Below the pieces are notes generated by a model. That model saw only the letters and a list, made by a program, of their open reading frames with translations, was not told where the DNA came from and did not search any database. From Escherichia coli (lineage in GTDB: Bacteria; Pseudomonadota; Gammaproteobacteria; Enterobacterales; Enterobacteriaceae): a stretch of DNA of 64,000 nt. This document shows, in pieces, positions 1 to 13,363 of this stretch (positions are counted from its first letter, which is position 1; each line of letters begins with the position of its first letter). Position numbers and translations under genes: made by a program. Where the stretch lies: NCBI RefSeq assembly GCF_003018255.1, contig NZ_CP027440.1, one strand, 5' to 3'.

Positions 1-445
1 TTTCAAGCTGTGCCACAAGCTGACGTAAGCCTTGCTCGTCCTCGTCTGTAAAGCGACCGAAGACGGTACTATCGATGTCGAGAACACCAATAATCTGATT
101 TTTCACCACCAGCGGCAGAACAATTTCAGAATTACTCGTCGCATCACAGGCAATATGCCCGTCAAACGCATGAACATCCTCGATACGCTGCACTTGATTG
201 CGGGCAACCGCAGTGCCGCACACGCCGCGCCCGACGGGTATCCGGACACAGGCAATTTTGCCCTGAAATGGTCCGAGCACCAGTGTATCGTCCTCAAGCA
301 AATAAAAACCTGCCCAGTTTACGTCAGTGAGACGCTCATATAACAACGCACTGGTGTTCGCAAGCGTTGCCAGAAAACTGGTTTCTCCTGCCATCAGCGC
401 GTTAAAGTCGCGATTTAAATCCGCGTAAAATTCTGTTTTGTTCAT
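1..445 (-). CDS. msrC: Free methionine-(R)-sulfoxide reductase, GAF domain (5' part of gene; ATG at 445, C-terminus beyond window edge)
   Basis: Reverse-strand translation from ATG at 443-445 reads MNKTEFYADLNRDFNALMAGETSFLATLANTSALLYERL..., recognised as the YebR/MsrC GAF protein. Not in the ORF track because there is no stop inside the window. Confidence 0.7.
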   Translation of the reverse strand, partial: MNKTEFYADLNRDFNALMAGETSFLATLANTSALLYERLTDVNWAGFYLLEDDTLVLGPFQGKIACVRIPVGRGVCGTAVARNQVQRIEDVHAFDGHIACDATSNSEIVLPLVVKNQIIGVLDIDSTVFGRFTDEDEQGLRQLVAQLE

Positions 446-574
446 TATATAATCACTTGGTTGTCTTACCAGGAACTGCCAGCCTATTAAAATAAGCATT
501 AAATGCGTTAATGCTCAAGATCATTCCCATCATGGGTTAAGATTAATGTTAATTCTTATTACATTTGGCACGTC

Positions 575-1858
575 ATGGCTCTTAACACACCACAAATTAC
601 GCCGACAAAAAAGATAACAGTGAGGGCTATCGGTGAGGAACTGCCGCGTGGTGATTACCAACGTTGCCCGCAATGTGACATGCTGTTTAGCCTGCCCGAG
701 ATAAATTCTCATCAAAGTGCCTATTGTCCGCGCTGTCAGGCAAAAATTCGTGACGGGCGCGACTGGTCGCTAACGCGCCTGGCGGCAATGGCCTTCACCA
801 TGCTGTTGCTGATGCCGTTTGCCTGGGGCGAACCGCTGTTGCATATCTGGCTGTTAGGCATTCGTATTGACGCCAACGTCATGCAAGGCATCTGGCAAAT
901 GACCAAACAGGGCGATGCGATAACGGGATCAATGGTCTTTTTTTGCGTTATTGGTGCCCCCCTCATTCTGGTGACCTCCATAGCTTATTTATGGTTTGGT
1001 AACCGACTGGGAATGAATCTACGTCCGGTACTGCTGATGCTTGAGCGACTGAAAGAGTGGGTAATGCTCGATATCTACCTGGTCGGCATTGGCGTTGCTT
1101 CTATAAAGGTACAGGATTATGCCCATATCCAGGCGGGTGTCGGCTTGTTCTCTTTTGTGGCGTTAGTGATTTTAACGACGGTGACGTTGTCACATCTCAA
1201 TGTCGAAGAACTGTGGGAGCGATTTTATCCACAGCGCCCCGCTACGTGTAGAGACGAGAAACTCCGTGTCTGTCTTGGGTGCCATTTTACCGGCTATCCT
1301 GATCAGCGTGGTCGCTGCCCGCGTTGCCATATCCCGCTACGCCTGCGTCGCCGTCATAGTCTGCAAAAATGCTGGGCGGCGCTGTTAGCGTCAATCGTTT
1401 TATTGTTACCTGCCAACCTGTTGCCTATTTCTATCATTTATCTGAATGGTGGCCGGCAGGAAGATACAATTCTTTCCGGGATTATGTCGCTGGCAAGTAG
1501 CAACATTGCGGTCGCCGGAATCGTGTTTATCGCCAGTATTCTGGTACCGTTTACTAAAGTGATCGTCATGTTCACTTTACTGTTGAGTATTCATTTTAAA
1601 TGCCAGCAAGGTTTACGCACACGCATTCTGTTACTGCGGATGGTGACCTGGATTGGTCGCTGGTCGATGCTCGACCTGTTTGTCATATCTTTAACCATGT
1701 CGCTGATTAATCGCGATCAGATCCTCGCTTTTACTATGGGACCGGCTGCGTTTTATTTCGGCGCAGCGGTAATTTTGACTATTCTTGCTGTGGAATGGCT
1801 GGACAGCCGCTTACTTTGGGATGCACATGAGTCAGGAAACGCCCGCTTCGACGACTGA
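575..1858 (+). CDS. letA: Inner-membrane PqiA-family protein of the LetAB envelope lipid-transport system
   Basis: 427 aa ORF with two CxxC...CxxC zinc-ribbon-like motifs and multiple hydrophobic segments. Lies immediately upstream of and overlaps the MCE protein gene. Matches YebS. Confidence 0.9.
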   Translation: MALNTPQITPTKKITVRAIGEELPRGDYQRCPQCDMLFSLPEINSHQSAYCPRCQAKIRDGRDWSLTRLAAMAFTMLLLMPFAWGEPLLHIWLLGIRIDANVMQGIWQMTKQGDAITGSMVFFCVIGAPLILVTSIAYLWFGNRLGMNLRPVLLMLERLKEWVMLDIYLVGIGVASIKVQDYAHIQAGVGLFSFVALVILTTVTLSHLNVEELWERFYPQRPATCRDEKLRVCLGCHFTGYPDQRGRCPRCHIPLRLRRRHSLQKCWAALLASIVLLLPANLLPISIIYLNGGRQEDTILSGIMSLASSNIAVAGIVFIASILVPFTKVIVMFTLLLSIHFKCQQGLRTRILLLRMVTWIGRWSMLDLFVISLTMSLINRDQILAFTMGPAAFYFGAAVILTILAVEWLDSRLLWDAHESGNARFDD

Positions 1859-4460
1859 AGCGCAGATTAAAAATAAACGCCGTATCTCACCTTTCTGGCT
1901 GCTGCCGTTCATCGCGCTAATGATTGCCGGTTGGCTGATTTGGGATAGTTATCAGGACCGGGGTAATACCGTCACCATCGACTTTATGTCGGCGGATGGT
2001 ATTGTCCCGGGCCGCACCCCTGTTCGTTATCAGGGCGTTGAAGTCGGAACTGTGCAGGATATCAGCCTGAGCGACGATCTTCGTAAGATTGAAGTCAAGG
2101 TCAGCATCAAGTCTGATATGAAAGATGCGCTGCGCGAAGAGACACAGTTCTGGCTGGTGACGCCAAAGGCCTCACTGGCAGGTGTCTCCGGGCTGGATGC
2201 CCTCGTCGGTGGTAACTATATCGGCATGATGCCAGGTAAAGGTAAAGAGCAGGATCACTTTGTCGCACTCGATACCCAACCGAAGTATCGGCTGGATAAT
2301 GGCGATCTGATGATCCACCTGCAAGCCCCCGATCTCGGTTCACTGAACAGCGGTTCATTGGTCTATTTCCGTAAGATCCCGGTGGGTAAAGTCTACGACT
2401 ATGCCATCAATCCCAATAAGCAAGGCGTGGTGATTGATGTCCTGATCGAGCGGCGTTTTACCGACCTGGTGAAAAAAGGTAGCCGTTTCTGGAACGTTTC
2501 CGGCGTTGATGCCAACGTCAGTATCAGTGGCGCGAAGGTGAAACTGGAAAGTCTGGCGGCACTGGTTAACGGTGCGATTGCCTTCGATTCACCTGAAGAG
2601 TCGAAACCTGCCGAGGCGGAAGATACCTTTGGTCTGTATGAAGATCTCGCCCACAGCCAGCGTGGCGTAATAATAAAACTGGAACTGCCGAGTGGGGCCG
2701 GATTAACCGCCGACTCGACGCCGTTAATGTATCAGGGGCTGGAAGTCGGACAGCTGACTAAACTGGATTTAAATCCTGGTGGTAAAGTCACCGGAGAAAT
2801 GACCGTTGATCCCAGCGTCGTTACGCTGTTACGGGAAAATACCCGCATCGAATTACGTAATCCGAAATTATCCCTTAGCGATGCCAATCTCAGCGCCCTG
2901 CTGACCGGAAAAACCTTTGAGTTGGTGCCCGGCGATGGTGAGCCACGCAAAGAGTTCGTTGTTGTGCCAGGCGAAAAAGCCCTGCTACAAGAGCCGGATG
3001 TTCTGACACTGACCCTGACAGCACCAGAAAGTTACGGTATTGATGCTGGTCAGCCGCTCATTCTCCACGGTGTGCAAGTAGGCCAGGTTATTGATCGTAA
3101 ACTCACCAGCAAAGGCGTTACCTTTACCGTCGCCATCGAGCCTCAGCATCGCGAACTGGTAAAAGGCGATAGCAAATTTGTCGTCAACAGCCGTGTCGAC
3201 GTGAAGGTGGGGCTGGATGGCGTTGAGTTTCTCGGTGCCAGCGCCTCAGAATGGATTAACGGCGGGATACGTATTCTGCCGGGCGATAAAGGCGAGATGA
3301 AAGCCAGCTATCCACTGTATGCCAATCTGGAAAAAGCGCTGGAGAACAGCCTTAGCGATTTACCCACCACAACCGTAAGTTTGAGTGCAGAGACGCTGCC
3401 GGATGTGCAGGCAGGATCGGTAGTGCTGTACCGTAAATTTGAAGTTGGTGAAGTTATTACTGTGCGTCCGCGAGCTAACGCGTTTGATATCGATCTGCAT
3501 ATTAAGCCGGAGTATCGCAACCTTCTGACCAGCAACAGCGTGTTCTGGGCAGAAGGTGGGGCGAAAGTTCAGCTAAATGGTAGTGGTCTGACCGTACAGG
3601 CATCCCCGCTCTCCAGAGCATTAAAGGGGGCTATTAGCTTCGATAACCTCAGCGGTGCCAGCGCCAGTCAGCGTAAAGGCGACAAGCGTATTCTGTATGC
3701 TTCCGAAACAGCGGCCCGTGCGGTTGGCGGGCAAATTACGCTTCACGCTTTCGATGCCGGAAAACTGGCGGTCGGGATGCCAATTCGCTATCTCGGTATT
3801 GATATCGGGCAAATCCAGACGCTGGATCTGATTACCGCGCGCAATGAAGTACAGGCAAAGGCGGTACTTTACCCGGAATATGTCCAGACCTTTGCACGCG
3901 GTGGTACACGCTTCTCAGTGGTCACACCGCAAATTTCGGCAGCTGGCGTTGAGCATCTTGATACTATCCTCCAGCCGTATATCAACGTCGAACCAGGCCG
4001 GGGCAATCCTCGGCGCGACTTTGAATTACAAGAGGCTACCATAACTGATTCGCGTTACCTGGATGGCTTAAGCATTATTGTTGAAGCGCCGGAAGCCGGT
4101 TCGTTAGGCATCGGTACGCCTGTGCTGTTCCGTGGTCTGGAAGTCGGTACGGTTACCGGAATGACGCTGGGGACATTGTCAGATCGCGTGATGATTGCGA
4201 TGCGCATCAGTAAACGCTATCAACACCTGGTGCGTAACAATTCCGTCTTCTGGTTGGCATCGGGTTACAGTCTGGACTTTGGTCTGACGGGCGGCGTAGT
4301 GAAAACCGGCACCTTTAACCAGTTTATCCGTGGCGGCATCGCCTTCGCCACGCCTCCGGGTACGCCACTGGCACCGAAAGCCCAGGAAGGCAAGCACTTC
4401 CTGTTGCAGGAAAGTGAACCGAAAGAGTGGCGTGAATGGGGAACTGCGCTTCCCAAATAA
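1827..4460 (+). CDS. letB: Multi-MCE-domain periplasm-spanning tunnel protein LetB
   Basis: 877 aa from [27 protein letters not shown] (ORF track starts 14 codons earlier). Repeated MCE-like modules and an N-terminal TM anchor; overlaps the letA 3' end by 32 nt. Matches YebT. Confidence 0.9.
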   Translation: MSQETPASTTEAQIKNKRRISPFWLLPFIALMIAGWLIWDSYQDRGNTVTIDFMSADGIVPGRTPVRYQGVEVGTVQDISLSDDLRKIEVKVSIKSDMKDALREETQFWLVTPKASLAGVSGLDALVGGNYIGMMPGKGKEQDHFVALDTQPKYRLDNGDLMIHLQAPDLGSLNSGSLVYFRKIPVGKVYDYAINPNKQGVVIDVLIERRFTDLVKKGSRFWNVSGVDANVSISGAKVKLESLAALVNGAIAFDSPEESKPAEAEDTFGLYEDLAHSQRGVIIKLELPSGAGLTADSTPLMYQGLEVGQLTKLDLNPGGKVTGEMTVDPSVVTLLRENTRIELRNPKLSLSDANLSALLTGKTFELVPGDGEPRKEFVVVPGEKALLQEPDVLTLTLTAPESYGIDAGQPLILHGVQVGQVIDRKLTSKGVTFTVAIEPQHRELVKGDSKFVVNSRVDVKVGLDGVEFLGASASEWINGGIRILPGDKGEMKASYPLYANLEKALENSLSDLPTTTVSLSAETLPDVQAGSVVLYRKFEVGEVITVRPRANAFDIDLHIKPEYRNLLTSNSVFWAEGGAKVQLNGSGLTVQASPLSRALKGAISFDNLSGASASQRKGDKRILYASETAARAVGGQITLHAFDAGKLAVGMPIRYLGIDIGQIQTLDLITARNEVQAKAVLYPEYVQTFARGGTRFSVVTPQISAAGVEHLDTILQPYINVEPGRGNPRRDFELQEATITDSRYLDGLSIIVEAPEAGSLGIGTPVLFRGLEVGTVTGMTLGTLSDRVMIAMRISKRYQHLVRNNSVFWLASGYSLDFGLTGGVVKTGTFNQFIRGGIAFATPPGTPLAPKAQEGKHFLLQESEPKEWREWGTALPK

Positions 4461-4533
4461 TGCCCACTGCTCCGGCGTGCCTGCGCCGGAGCGTTTATGC
4501 TAAACTGCGCGCCTGTTTTTTTGCCAGTGGTAT

Positions 4534-5979
4534 ATGCTCGTGGCCCAACACACCGTTTATTTCCCGGACGCCTTTCTGACACAAATGCGCGAAGCGATGC
4601 CTTCGACGCTCTCTTTTGATGATTTTCTTGCCGCCTGTCAGCGCCCGTTGCGCCGCAGCATTCGCGTTAATACGCTGAAAACCTCCGTTGCTGATTTCCT
4701 GCAATTAACTGCTCCTTATGGCTGGACGCTTACGCCAATTCCGTGGTGTGAAGAAGGTTTCTGGATTGAACGCGACAGTGAAGATGCATTGCCGTTGGGT
4801 AGTACCGCCGAGCATTTAAGCGGCCTGTTTTATATTCAGGAAGCCAGTTCAATGTTGCCTGTTGCCGCCTTGTTTGCTGACGGTAATGCACCACAGCGGG
4901 TGATGGATGTCGCTGCCGCGCCCGGCTCCAAAACGACGCAAATTGCCGCGCGGATGAATAACGAAGGGGCAATCCTTGCCAATGAGTTTTCCGCCAGTCG
5001 GGTAAAAGTGTTACATGCCAATATCAGCCGCTGTGGCATCAGTAATGTTGCGCTCACGCATTTTGATGGCCGCGTATTTGGTGCGGCAGTGCCAGAAATG
5101 TTCGATGCCATTTTGCTGGACGCTCCCTGCTCCGGCGAAGGCGTGGTGCGTAAAGATCCCGATGCGCTAAAAAACTGGTCACCAGAAAGCAATCAGGAAA
5201 TCGCAGCGACCCAACGGGAACTGATCGACAGCGCCTTTCATGCATTACGTCCTGGCGGTACGCTGGTTTACTCGACCTGTACCTTAAACCGGGAAGAAAA
5301 CGAAGCCGTTTGCCTGTGGCTGAAAGAGACTTATCCCGACGCAGTAGAGTTTTTACCGCTTGGCGATCTCTTCCCTGGTGCAAACAAGGCGCTGACCGAG
5401 GAAGGCTTTTTGCATGTTTTCCCACAAATTTACGACTGCGAAGGCTTCTTCGTTGCTCGTCTGCGTAAAACTCAGGCGATTCCCGCCTTACCCACCCCAA
5501 AATACAAAGTGGGCAATTTCCCGTTCAGCCCGGTGAAAGATCGCGAAGCCGGACAAATTCGTCAGGCGGCTGCAAGTGTTGGCTTAAACTGGGATGAAAA
5601 CCTGCGACTCTGGCAGCGTGACAAAGAACTGTGGTTGTTCCCGGTGGGCATTGAAGCCCTGATCGGTAAAGTCCGATTTTCTCGCTTGGGGATTAAACTT
5701 GCCGAAACGCACAACAAAGGTTATCGCTGGCAGCATGAAGCCGTTATTGCCCTTGCCTCCCCCGACAATGTGAACGCTTTTGAACTGACACCGCAGGAAG
5801 CGGAAGAGTGGTATCGCGGGCGCGATGTTTACCCGCAAGCCGCGCCAGTAGCGGATGATGTATTGGTTACTTTCCAGCATCAGCCGATTGGTTTAGCCAA
5901 ACGGATTGGTTCGCGACTGAAAAACAGCTACCCGCGTGAACTGGTGCGCGATGGGAAACTTTTTACCGGTAACGCCTGA
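4534..5979 (+). CDS. rsmF: 16S rRNA m5C1407 methyltransferase
   Basis: 481 aa ORF with SAM-binding motif ([11 protein letters not shown]) and Sun/NOL1-type catalytic region (DAPCSGEG). Matches RsmF/YebU. Confidence 0.9.
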   Translation: MLVAQHTVYFPDAFLTQMREAMPSTLSFDDFLAACQRPLRRSIRVNTLKTSVADFLQLTAPYGWTLTPIPWCEEGFWIERDSEDALPLGSTAEHLSGLFYIQEASSMLPVAALFADGNAPQRVMDVAAAPGSKTTQIAARMNNEGAILANEFSASRVKVLHANISRCGISNVALTHFDGRVFGAAVPEMFDAILLDAPCSGEGVVRKDPDALKNWSPESNQEIAATQRELIDSAFHALRPGGTLVYSTCTLNREENEAVCLWLKETYPDAVEFLPLGDLFPGANKALTEEGFLHVFPQIYDCEGFFVARLRKTQAIPALPTPKYKVGNFPFSPVKDREAGQIRQAAASVGLNWDENLRLWQRDKELWLFPVGIEALIGKVRFSRLGIKLAETHNKGYRWQHEAVIALASPDNVNAFELTPQEAEEWYRGRDVYPQAAPVADDVLVTFQHQPIGLAKRIGSRLKNSYPRELVRDGKLFTGNA

Positions 5980-6096
5980 CAGCGCACAAAAAAAGCGCAC
6001 TTTTTGACTGGCACATTCGGCTGCCTCAACTAGGCTGAAAAATGGTGCGATCGGACTGGTCGTACCACAACCGGCAGCTAAATGGAGAGCACGAAG

Positions 6097-6333
6097 ATGA
6101 AAACCAGTGTGCGCATAGGCGCTTTTGAAATCGACGACGGCGAATTACACGGCGAATCGCCGGGTGATCGAACGTTAACCATTCCTTGTAAATCAGACCC
6201 CGATTTATGTATGCAACTGGATGCCTGGGATGCTGAAACCAGTATTCCTGCCCTGCTAAATGGCGAACACTCTGTCCTTTACCGTACCCGTTACGATCAA
6301 CAATCTGATGCCTGGATTATGCGTCTTGCCTGA
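6097..6333 (+). CDS. yebV: Small uncharacterised protein YebV
   Basis: 78 aa from MKTSVRIGAFEIDDGELHG; position between rsmF and pphA as in E. coli. Confidence 0.7.
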   Translation: MKTSVRIGAFEIDDGELHGESPGDRTLTIPCKSDPDLCMQLDAWDAETSIPALLNGEHSVLYRTRYDQQSDAWIMRLA

Positions 6334-6437
6334 TCCAAAAAGAACCCGTCGGCATGGCGGGTTATTTGTCCTGGTTATTTCCCCGTTGTAAAATCTCTCC
6401 TAAACTTAACGGTACGGCACCACACTTCGGGGATGAA

Positions 6438-6629
6438 ATGTTCGCGCTGGTACTTTTTGTTTGCTACCTGGATGGCGGTTGTGAAGATATTGTTGTGGAT
6501 GTCTACAACACGGAACAGCAGTGTCTTTATTCTATGAGCGATCAACGGATCCGCCATGGCGGTTGTTTTCCAATCGAGGATTTTATTGATGGTTTCTGGC
6601 GACCAGCACAGGAGTACGGTGATTTTTAA
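6438..6629 (+). CDS. yebW: Small uncharacterised protein YebW
   Basis: 63 aa from MFALVLFVCYLDGGCEDIVVDVYNTEQQC; conserved small ORF, start chosen by recollection of YebW. Confidence 0.6.
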   Translation: MFALVLFVCYLDGGCEDIVVDVYNTEQQCLYSMSDQRIRHGGCFPIEDFIDGFWRPAQEYGDF

Positions 6630-7289
6630 TTATTGCAATTGCACAAGAGTCAGTTCGCCCCCAAAGACAGCACCGGTATCAATATAATGCAGGTTGCCAA
6701 TATCCACGCGATGTCGCAACGGTGTATGACCAAACCAGAAATGATCAGCACCTTTAATTCCCTGCCCTTTTGGGCGTTCACCTAATCGCGAGCGGCTCCA
6801 CAAGACCTGATGCAAATCAACGTCCTTTTGCCATTCATAAACATCATCCGGATAATCGGCATGGGCAATAACATGTTTGCCGGTGCGACTGTGTACTTCA
6901 AGAATAAAGGGCAAATGCTGACATTTTTCCAGCGCCGTTTTCGCTTGTTTCTGTTGATTATCTGCCAGCGCAATAAACCAGTCGCCGCCATTCATGAACC
7001 ACAAAGACATCTGCTGGGATGCCAGCGCATCCATCGCCATCTGTTCATGATTGCCTCTTACCGCACGAACCCAATGTTGTTCCAGTAACTGCAGGCAACG
7101 TAAACTTTGCGGCCCACGATCGATAACGTCTCCCACTGAGATAAGTAAATCTCGCCACGGATCAAAACGACAATGCCATAATTTGCGGCGCAACTGCTCA
7201 AGACAACCGTGTATATCGCCTGAAAGCCAGATATGTCGCCATTGATGACCCGCAATTCTCTGATAAACGGGCGCAGGCTGTTTCATCAA
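6630..7289 (-). CDS. pphA: Serine/threonine protein phosphatase 1 (lambda-phosphatase-like metallophosphoesterase)
   Basis: 219 aa with metallophosphatase motifs GDIHG, GDVIDRG, GNHE. Matches PphA/PrpA. Confidence 0.85.
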   Translation of the reverse strand: MMKQPAPVYQRIAGHQWRHIWLSGDIHGCLEQLRRKLWHCRFDPWRDLLISVGDVIDRGPQSLRCLQLLEQHWVRAVRGNHEQMAMDALASQQMSLWFMNGGDWFIALADNQQKQAKTALEKCQHLPFILEVHSRTGKHVIAHADYPDDVYEWQKDVDLHQVLWSRSRLGERPKGQGIKGADHFWFGHTPLRHRVDIGNLHYIDTGAVFGGELTLVQLQ

Positions 7290-7384
7290 TATTTTCCTCC
7301 CGCGCTAAAGATCACATAATCTTAACAAGAATGTTAAAAAACGCTGGACGCAGACAGTAGAGTGTGTGTTATGGTTGACTATAA

Positions 7385-7652
7385 AGTCAGCGAAGGGAAT
7401 GCTTCTGGCTTTTAACAGATAAAAAGAGACCGAACACGATTCCTGTATTCGGTCCAGGGAAATGGCTCTTGGGAGAGAGCCGTGCGCTAAAAGTTGGCAT
7501 TAATGCAGGCTTAGTTGCCTTGCTCTTTAAGAATAGATGACGACGCCAGGTTTTCCAGTTTGCGTGCAAAATGGTCAATAAAAAGCGTGGTGGTCATCAG
7601 CTTAAATGTTAAAAACCGCCCGTTCTGGTGAAAGAACTGAGGCGGTTTTTTA
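7385..7652 (+). ncRNA. ryeA: RyeA (SraC) small RNA, antisense to and fully overlapping SdsR
   Basis: Established locus organisation (RyeA encoded opposite SdsR between pphA and yebY). A plus-strand hairpin plus T-tract at about 7613-7651 can serve as its terminator. The 5' end is not determinable from sequence. Confidence 0.45.
7420..7523 (-). ncRNA. sdsR: SdsR (RyeB) sigmaS-dependent small RNA
   Basis: Minus strand reads GCAAGGCAACTAAGCCTGCATTAATGCCAACTTTTAGCGCACGGCTCTCTCCCAAGAGCCATTTCCCTGGACCGAATACAGGAATCGTGTTCGGTCTCTTTTT, which matches SdsR as I recall it. A CTATTCT -10-like element lies just upstream on that strand and a GGTCTC-T-tract terminator at the 3' end. Confidence 0.7.
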
Positions 7653-7680
7653 TTGGAAATCAAAAGGCTATTTTAGGTAA

Positions 7681-8022
7681 TTAACAGAGTTTTTCAGCTC
7701 GCTCTATAAACGGTGCCAGACTCATTTTTTCGCCGGGATTGTTAGGATCATCAATCTGAATCACCGAAATGGGTTGGGCTTTAGTCTTCCCACTGGCAAC
7801 TTCCTTTTGTGCGATATCGTTTAACGGATACTGCACGAGGGTACTTGGGTTGATGACATACAAAGCATTACCCGGTCGGCAAGTCAGCATCACCTCTTCG
7901 CGATTAAACGCCCATTTGTCTTTACCCACTTCAAAACGGCTGACGGTAATCACCTGCGGTGCCGCCAGCGCCGCTGCAGAACTGGTGAGTAACAGAAACG
8001 CCAGAATACTTTTTTTCATCAT
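7681..8022 (-). CDS. yebY: Secreted DUF2511-type protein YebY
   Basis: 113 aa with N-terminal signal peptide ([20 protein letters not shown]); last gene of the yobA-yebZ-yebY cluster. Confidence 0.8.
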   Translation of the reverse strand: MMKKSILAFLLLTSSAAALAAPQVITVSRFEVGKDKWAFNREEVMLTCRPGNALYVINPSTLVQYPLNDIAQKEVASGKTKAQPISVIQIDDPNNPGEKMSLAPFIERAEKLC

Positions 8023-8034
8023 TTTCGTAATCCA

Positions 8035-8907
8035 TCAAAAAGGTTCGAGAGTCGCAAGCAGGCTGATGATCACCAGCACTACCGCACCTATCGCCCATTC
8101 GAGTTTAGTCATCCACACAAACCAGGGAGCCGCACGATCTTCATCCTGCCTCATGCGCGGTACAAGAACATAACGATTAGCCAGCGCGATGACCACCATA
8201 ATCATCACCAGGATGGCTTTGAGCATTAAGAGTTGGCCCCAGTAAGTCGTAAGCGTGGGGGGAAATCCGGTAATCAACAATGCATTAAGCACGCCGCTTG
8301 CCAGTACGCCGATCACCGCAAAATGCCCGCACCAGGAAAAACGCATCAGCGCCTGAATAGCCTGGTGTCGCCAACGGCCTTTGATGAGTTGCATACACCA
8401 GAGCACCGGCAGTAATCCCCCAAACCACGCCGCCGCACAGATCAGGTGAATTGCGTGATTAGTCTGATGGATTTTCGCCGTTACCCCTTCATTCAGCGTC
8501 GCATGCCCGACTCCCGCCAGCAGAATAAATTGCGCGGTAGTGAGCATAAATAGCAAACGTGGCATATTCTGCGGTTGCATAAGGGCAACGATCAACGTTA
8601 CGAGGGCGAGAACAATTTGCCATAACCAGATGCCACCAAACTGCGTTTGCAAAACAGCCAGCCAAATGTTTGGCGAAAATACATCTGACCATCCCGTTCC
8701 CATCAACCCGCCCTGAACGGCGAGCATTGCAGTGGCACTGATCAAACTCCAGACGGCAGCGTGCTGTTGTAAACGCAGAAAACGCTTCGTCAGCAAGCGA
8801 CGAATCGTTAAGGGGGCCAGCCAGGCACCGTACATTGCGAAGCCAAAAACCAGCATCAACGAGGTGAAATGGATAAATCGCAGCGCGATCCAGGTAAACG
8901 CCAGCAT
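8035..8907 (-). CDS. yebZ: CopD-family inner membrane protein
   Basis: 290 aa polytopic membrane protein recognised as YebZ (CopD homologue), directly downstream of the CopC-like gene. Confidence 0.85.
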   Translation of the reverse strand: MLAFTWIALRFIHFTSLMLVFGFAMYGAWLAPLTIRRLLTKRFLRLQQHAAVWSLISATAMLAVQGGLMGTGWSDVFSPNIWLAVLQTQFGGIWLWQIVLALVTLIVALMQPQNMPRLLFMLTTAQFILLAGVGHATLNEGVTAKIHQTNHAIHLICAAAWFGGLLPVLWCMQLIKGRWRHQAIQALMRFSWCGHFAVIGVLASGVLNALLITGFPPTLTTYWGQLLMLKAILVMIMVVIALANRYVLVPRMRQDEDRAAPWFVWMTKLEWAIGAVVLVIISLLATLEPF

Positions 8908-8910
8908 GAT

Positions 8911-9285
8911 TTATTTCACGCTAAAGGTGTAGTGTCCTTTCGTTTTATGCCCGTCCACCGAAACAACATGCCAGTCAACGGTGTAGGTTCCGGGTTTCAG
9001 CGAATCGGCCAGTGGAACAATCAGTTGCTTTTGGTCCTGCTCATTCCGCTTCGCCGGTAATGTTTTAATATTTTCGTTTTTTGGCCCCGTGATTTTTGCA
9101 CCACTGAATCCTGTTTCAACGCCTTCCGAGAAGTTTAAAGTGATTGCCTGCGGGGCAGCTGTCACTTGCGCATTTGCCGCAGGATACTGATGCGTTAAAT
9201 GCGCATGTGCCCAGACGGAAGGTGTCACCAACGAAGTGGTCAGGATTGCCAGCGCGTAGCGAAGGGAGCGTGCAGTTGAAGCCAT
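8911..9285 (-). CDS. yobA: CopC-family periplasmic copper-binding protein
   Basis: 124 aa with signal peptide and N-terminal His motif after cleavage (AHAHL...). Matches YobA. Confidence 0.85.
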   Translation of the reverse strand: MASTARSLRYALAILTTSLVTPSVWAHAHLTHQYPAANAQVTAAPQAITLNFSEGVETGFSGAKITGPKNENIKTLPAKRNEQDQKQLIVPLADSLKPGTYTVDWHVVSVDGHKTKGHYTFSVK

Positions 9286-9423
9286 ATTATCTATTCCTTT
9301 TTGTAATAACTTTTTTACAGAGCATAACCTTGTCTAATGTCTGAGTCGAGGATCATCAATTCCGGCTTGCCATCCAGGCTCACTCTTAGTAACTTTTGCC
9401 CGCGAATGATGAGGAGATTAAGA

Positions 9424-9654
9424 ATGCTGAAGAATCTGGCTAAACTGGATCAAACAGAAATGGATAAAGTGAATGTCGATTTGGCGGCGGCCGGGGTGGC
9501 ATTTAAAGAACGCTACAATATGCCGGTGATCGCTGAAGCGGTTGAACGTGAACAGCCTGAACATTTGCGCAGCTGGTTTCGCGAGCGGCTTATCGCCCAC
9601 CGTTTGGCTTCGGTCAATCTGTCACGTTTACCTTACGAGCCCAAACTTAAATAA
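9424..9654 (+). CDS. holE: DNA polymerase III theta subunit
   Basis: 76 aa from [38 protein letters not shown]; the ORF track has a 29-codon upstream extension. Confidence 0.85.
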
Positions 9655-9755
9655 AACTTATACAGAGTTACACTTTCTTACATAACGCCTGCTAAATTAT
9701 GAGTATTTTCTAAACCGCACCCATAATTTGCAGTCATTTTGAAAAGGAAGTCATT

Positions 9756-10412
9756 ATGTCGTTCTGGAAAGTTGCAGCAGCGCAATATGAGCCTCGTAAA
9801 ACCTCACTGACCGAACAGGTAGCTCATCATCTGGAGTTTGTGAGTGCCGCCGCCAGGCAACAATGTCAGCTATTAGTTTTTCCATCGCTTTCTTTACTGG
9901 GGTGTGATTATTCGCGACGTGCCCTTCCTGCCCCACCCGATCTCTCGCTGTTAGACCCGCTTTGTTATGCTGCAACGACCTGGCGAATGACCATCATTGC
10001 CGGCCTTCCCGTTGAATATAACGATCGCTTTATTCGTGGAATTGCGGTGTTCGCACCGTGGCGAAAAACACCAGGGATCTACCATCAGAGTCATGGTGCA
10101 TGTCTGGGCCGTCGTTCCAGAACCATCACGGTGGTCGATGAACAACCGGAAGGTATGGATATGGACCCGACCTGTTCACTGTTTACGACAGGGCAATGTC
10201 TGGGGGAACCCGACCTACTGGCATCTACCCGCCGCTTACAATTTTTTTCACATCAGTACTCAATTGCCGTGCTGATGGCAAATGCCCGTGGTAACAGTGC
10301 ACTATGGGATGAACATGGTCGTCTCATCGTTCGCGCCGATCGTGGTTCATTATTGTTAGTCGGTCAGCGTTCATCACAGGGTTGGCAAGGCGATATCATT
10401 CCATTACGCTAG
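9756..10412 (+). CDS. yobB: Carbon-nitrogen hydrolase (nitrilase-superfamily) protein YobB
   Basis: 218 aa ORF at the YobB position between holE and exoX. Confidence 0.75.
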   Translation: MSFWKVAAAQYEPRKTSLTEQVAHHLEFVSAAARQQCQLLVFPSLSLLGCDYSRRALPAPPDLSLLDPLCYAATTWRMTIIAGLPVEYNDRFIRGIAVFAPWRKTPGIYHQSHGACLGRRSRTITVVDEQPEGMDMDPTCSLFTTGQCLGEPDLLASTRRLQFFSHQYSIAVLMANARGNSALWDEHGRLIVRADRGSLLLVGQRSSQGWQGDIIPLR

Positions 10413-10435
10413 GCTTTTTCGGCCTGGAGCATGCC

Positions 10436-13182
<2,747 letters not shown>

Positions 13183-13363
13183 TTATAAGGGTGGCAAAAC
13201 TCACCGGGGATGCAAGCGAAACAGGGTAGTCATTGCTTAGATGATGACAGGTAATGGCGCGGATATCGAATGTTATGCAGACAGAGAAAATCAGCCTGCT
13301 CAAATGGCTGTGCGGTTCTGGATAACCCGAAATAATCAGCTTCAGGCTATCCAGAGAGCGGAA

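Noticed and set aside
32-343. 103-aa plus-strand ORF at the window start
   Set aside because: Antisense to the msrC coding frame, which runs off the window edge on the minus strand.
7387-7578. 63-aa minus-strand ORF in the pphA-yebY spacer
   Set aside because: Overlaps the SdsR sRNA sequence; the RNA identity explains the conservation and no RBS is apparent.
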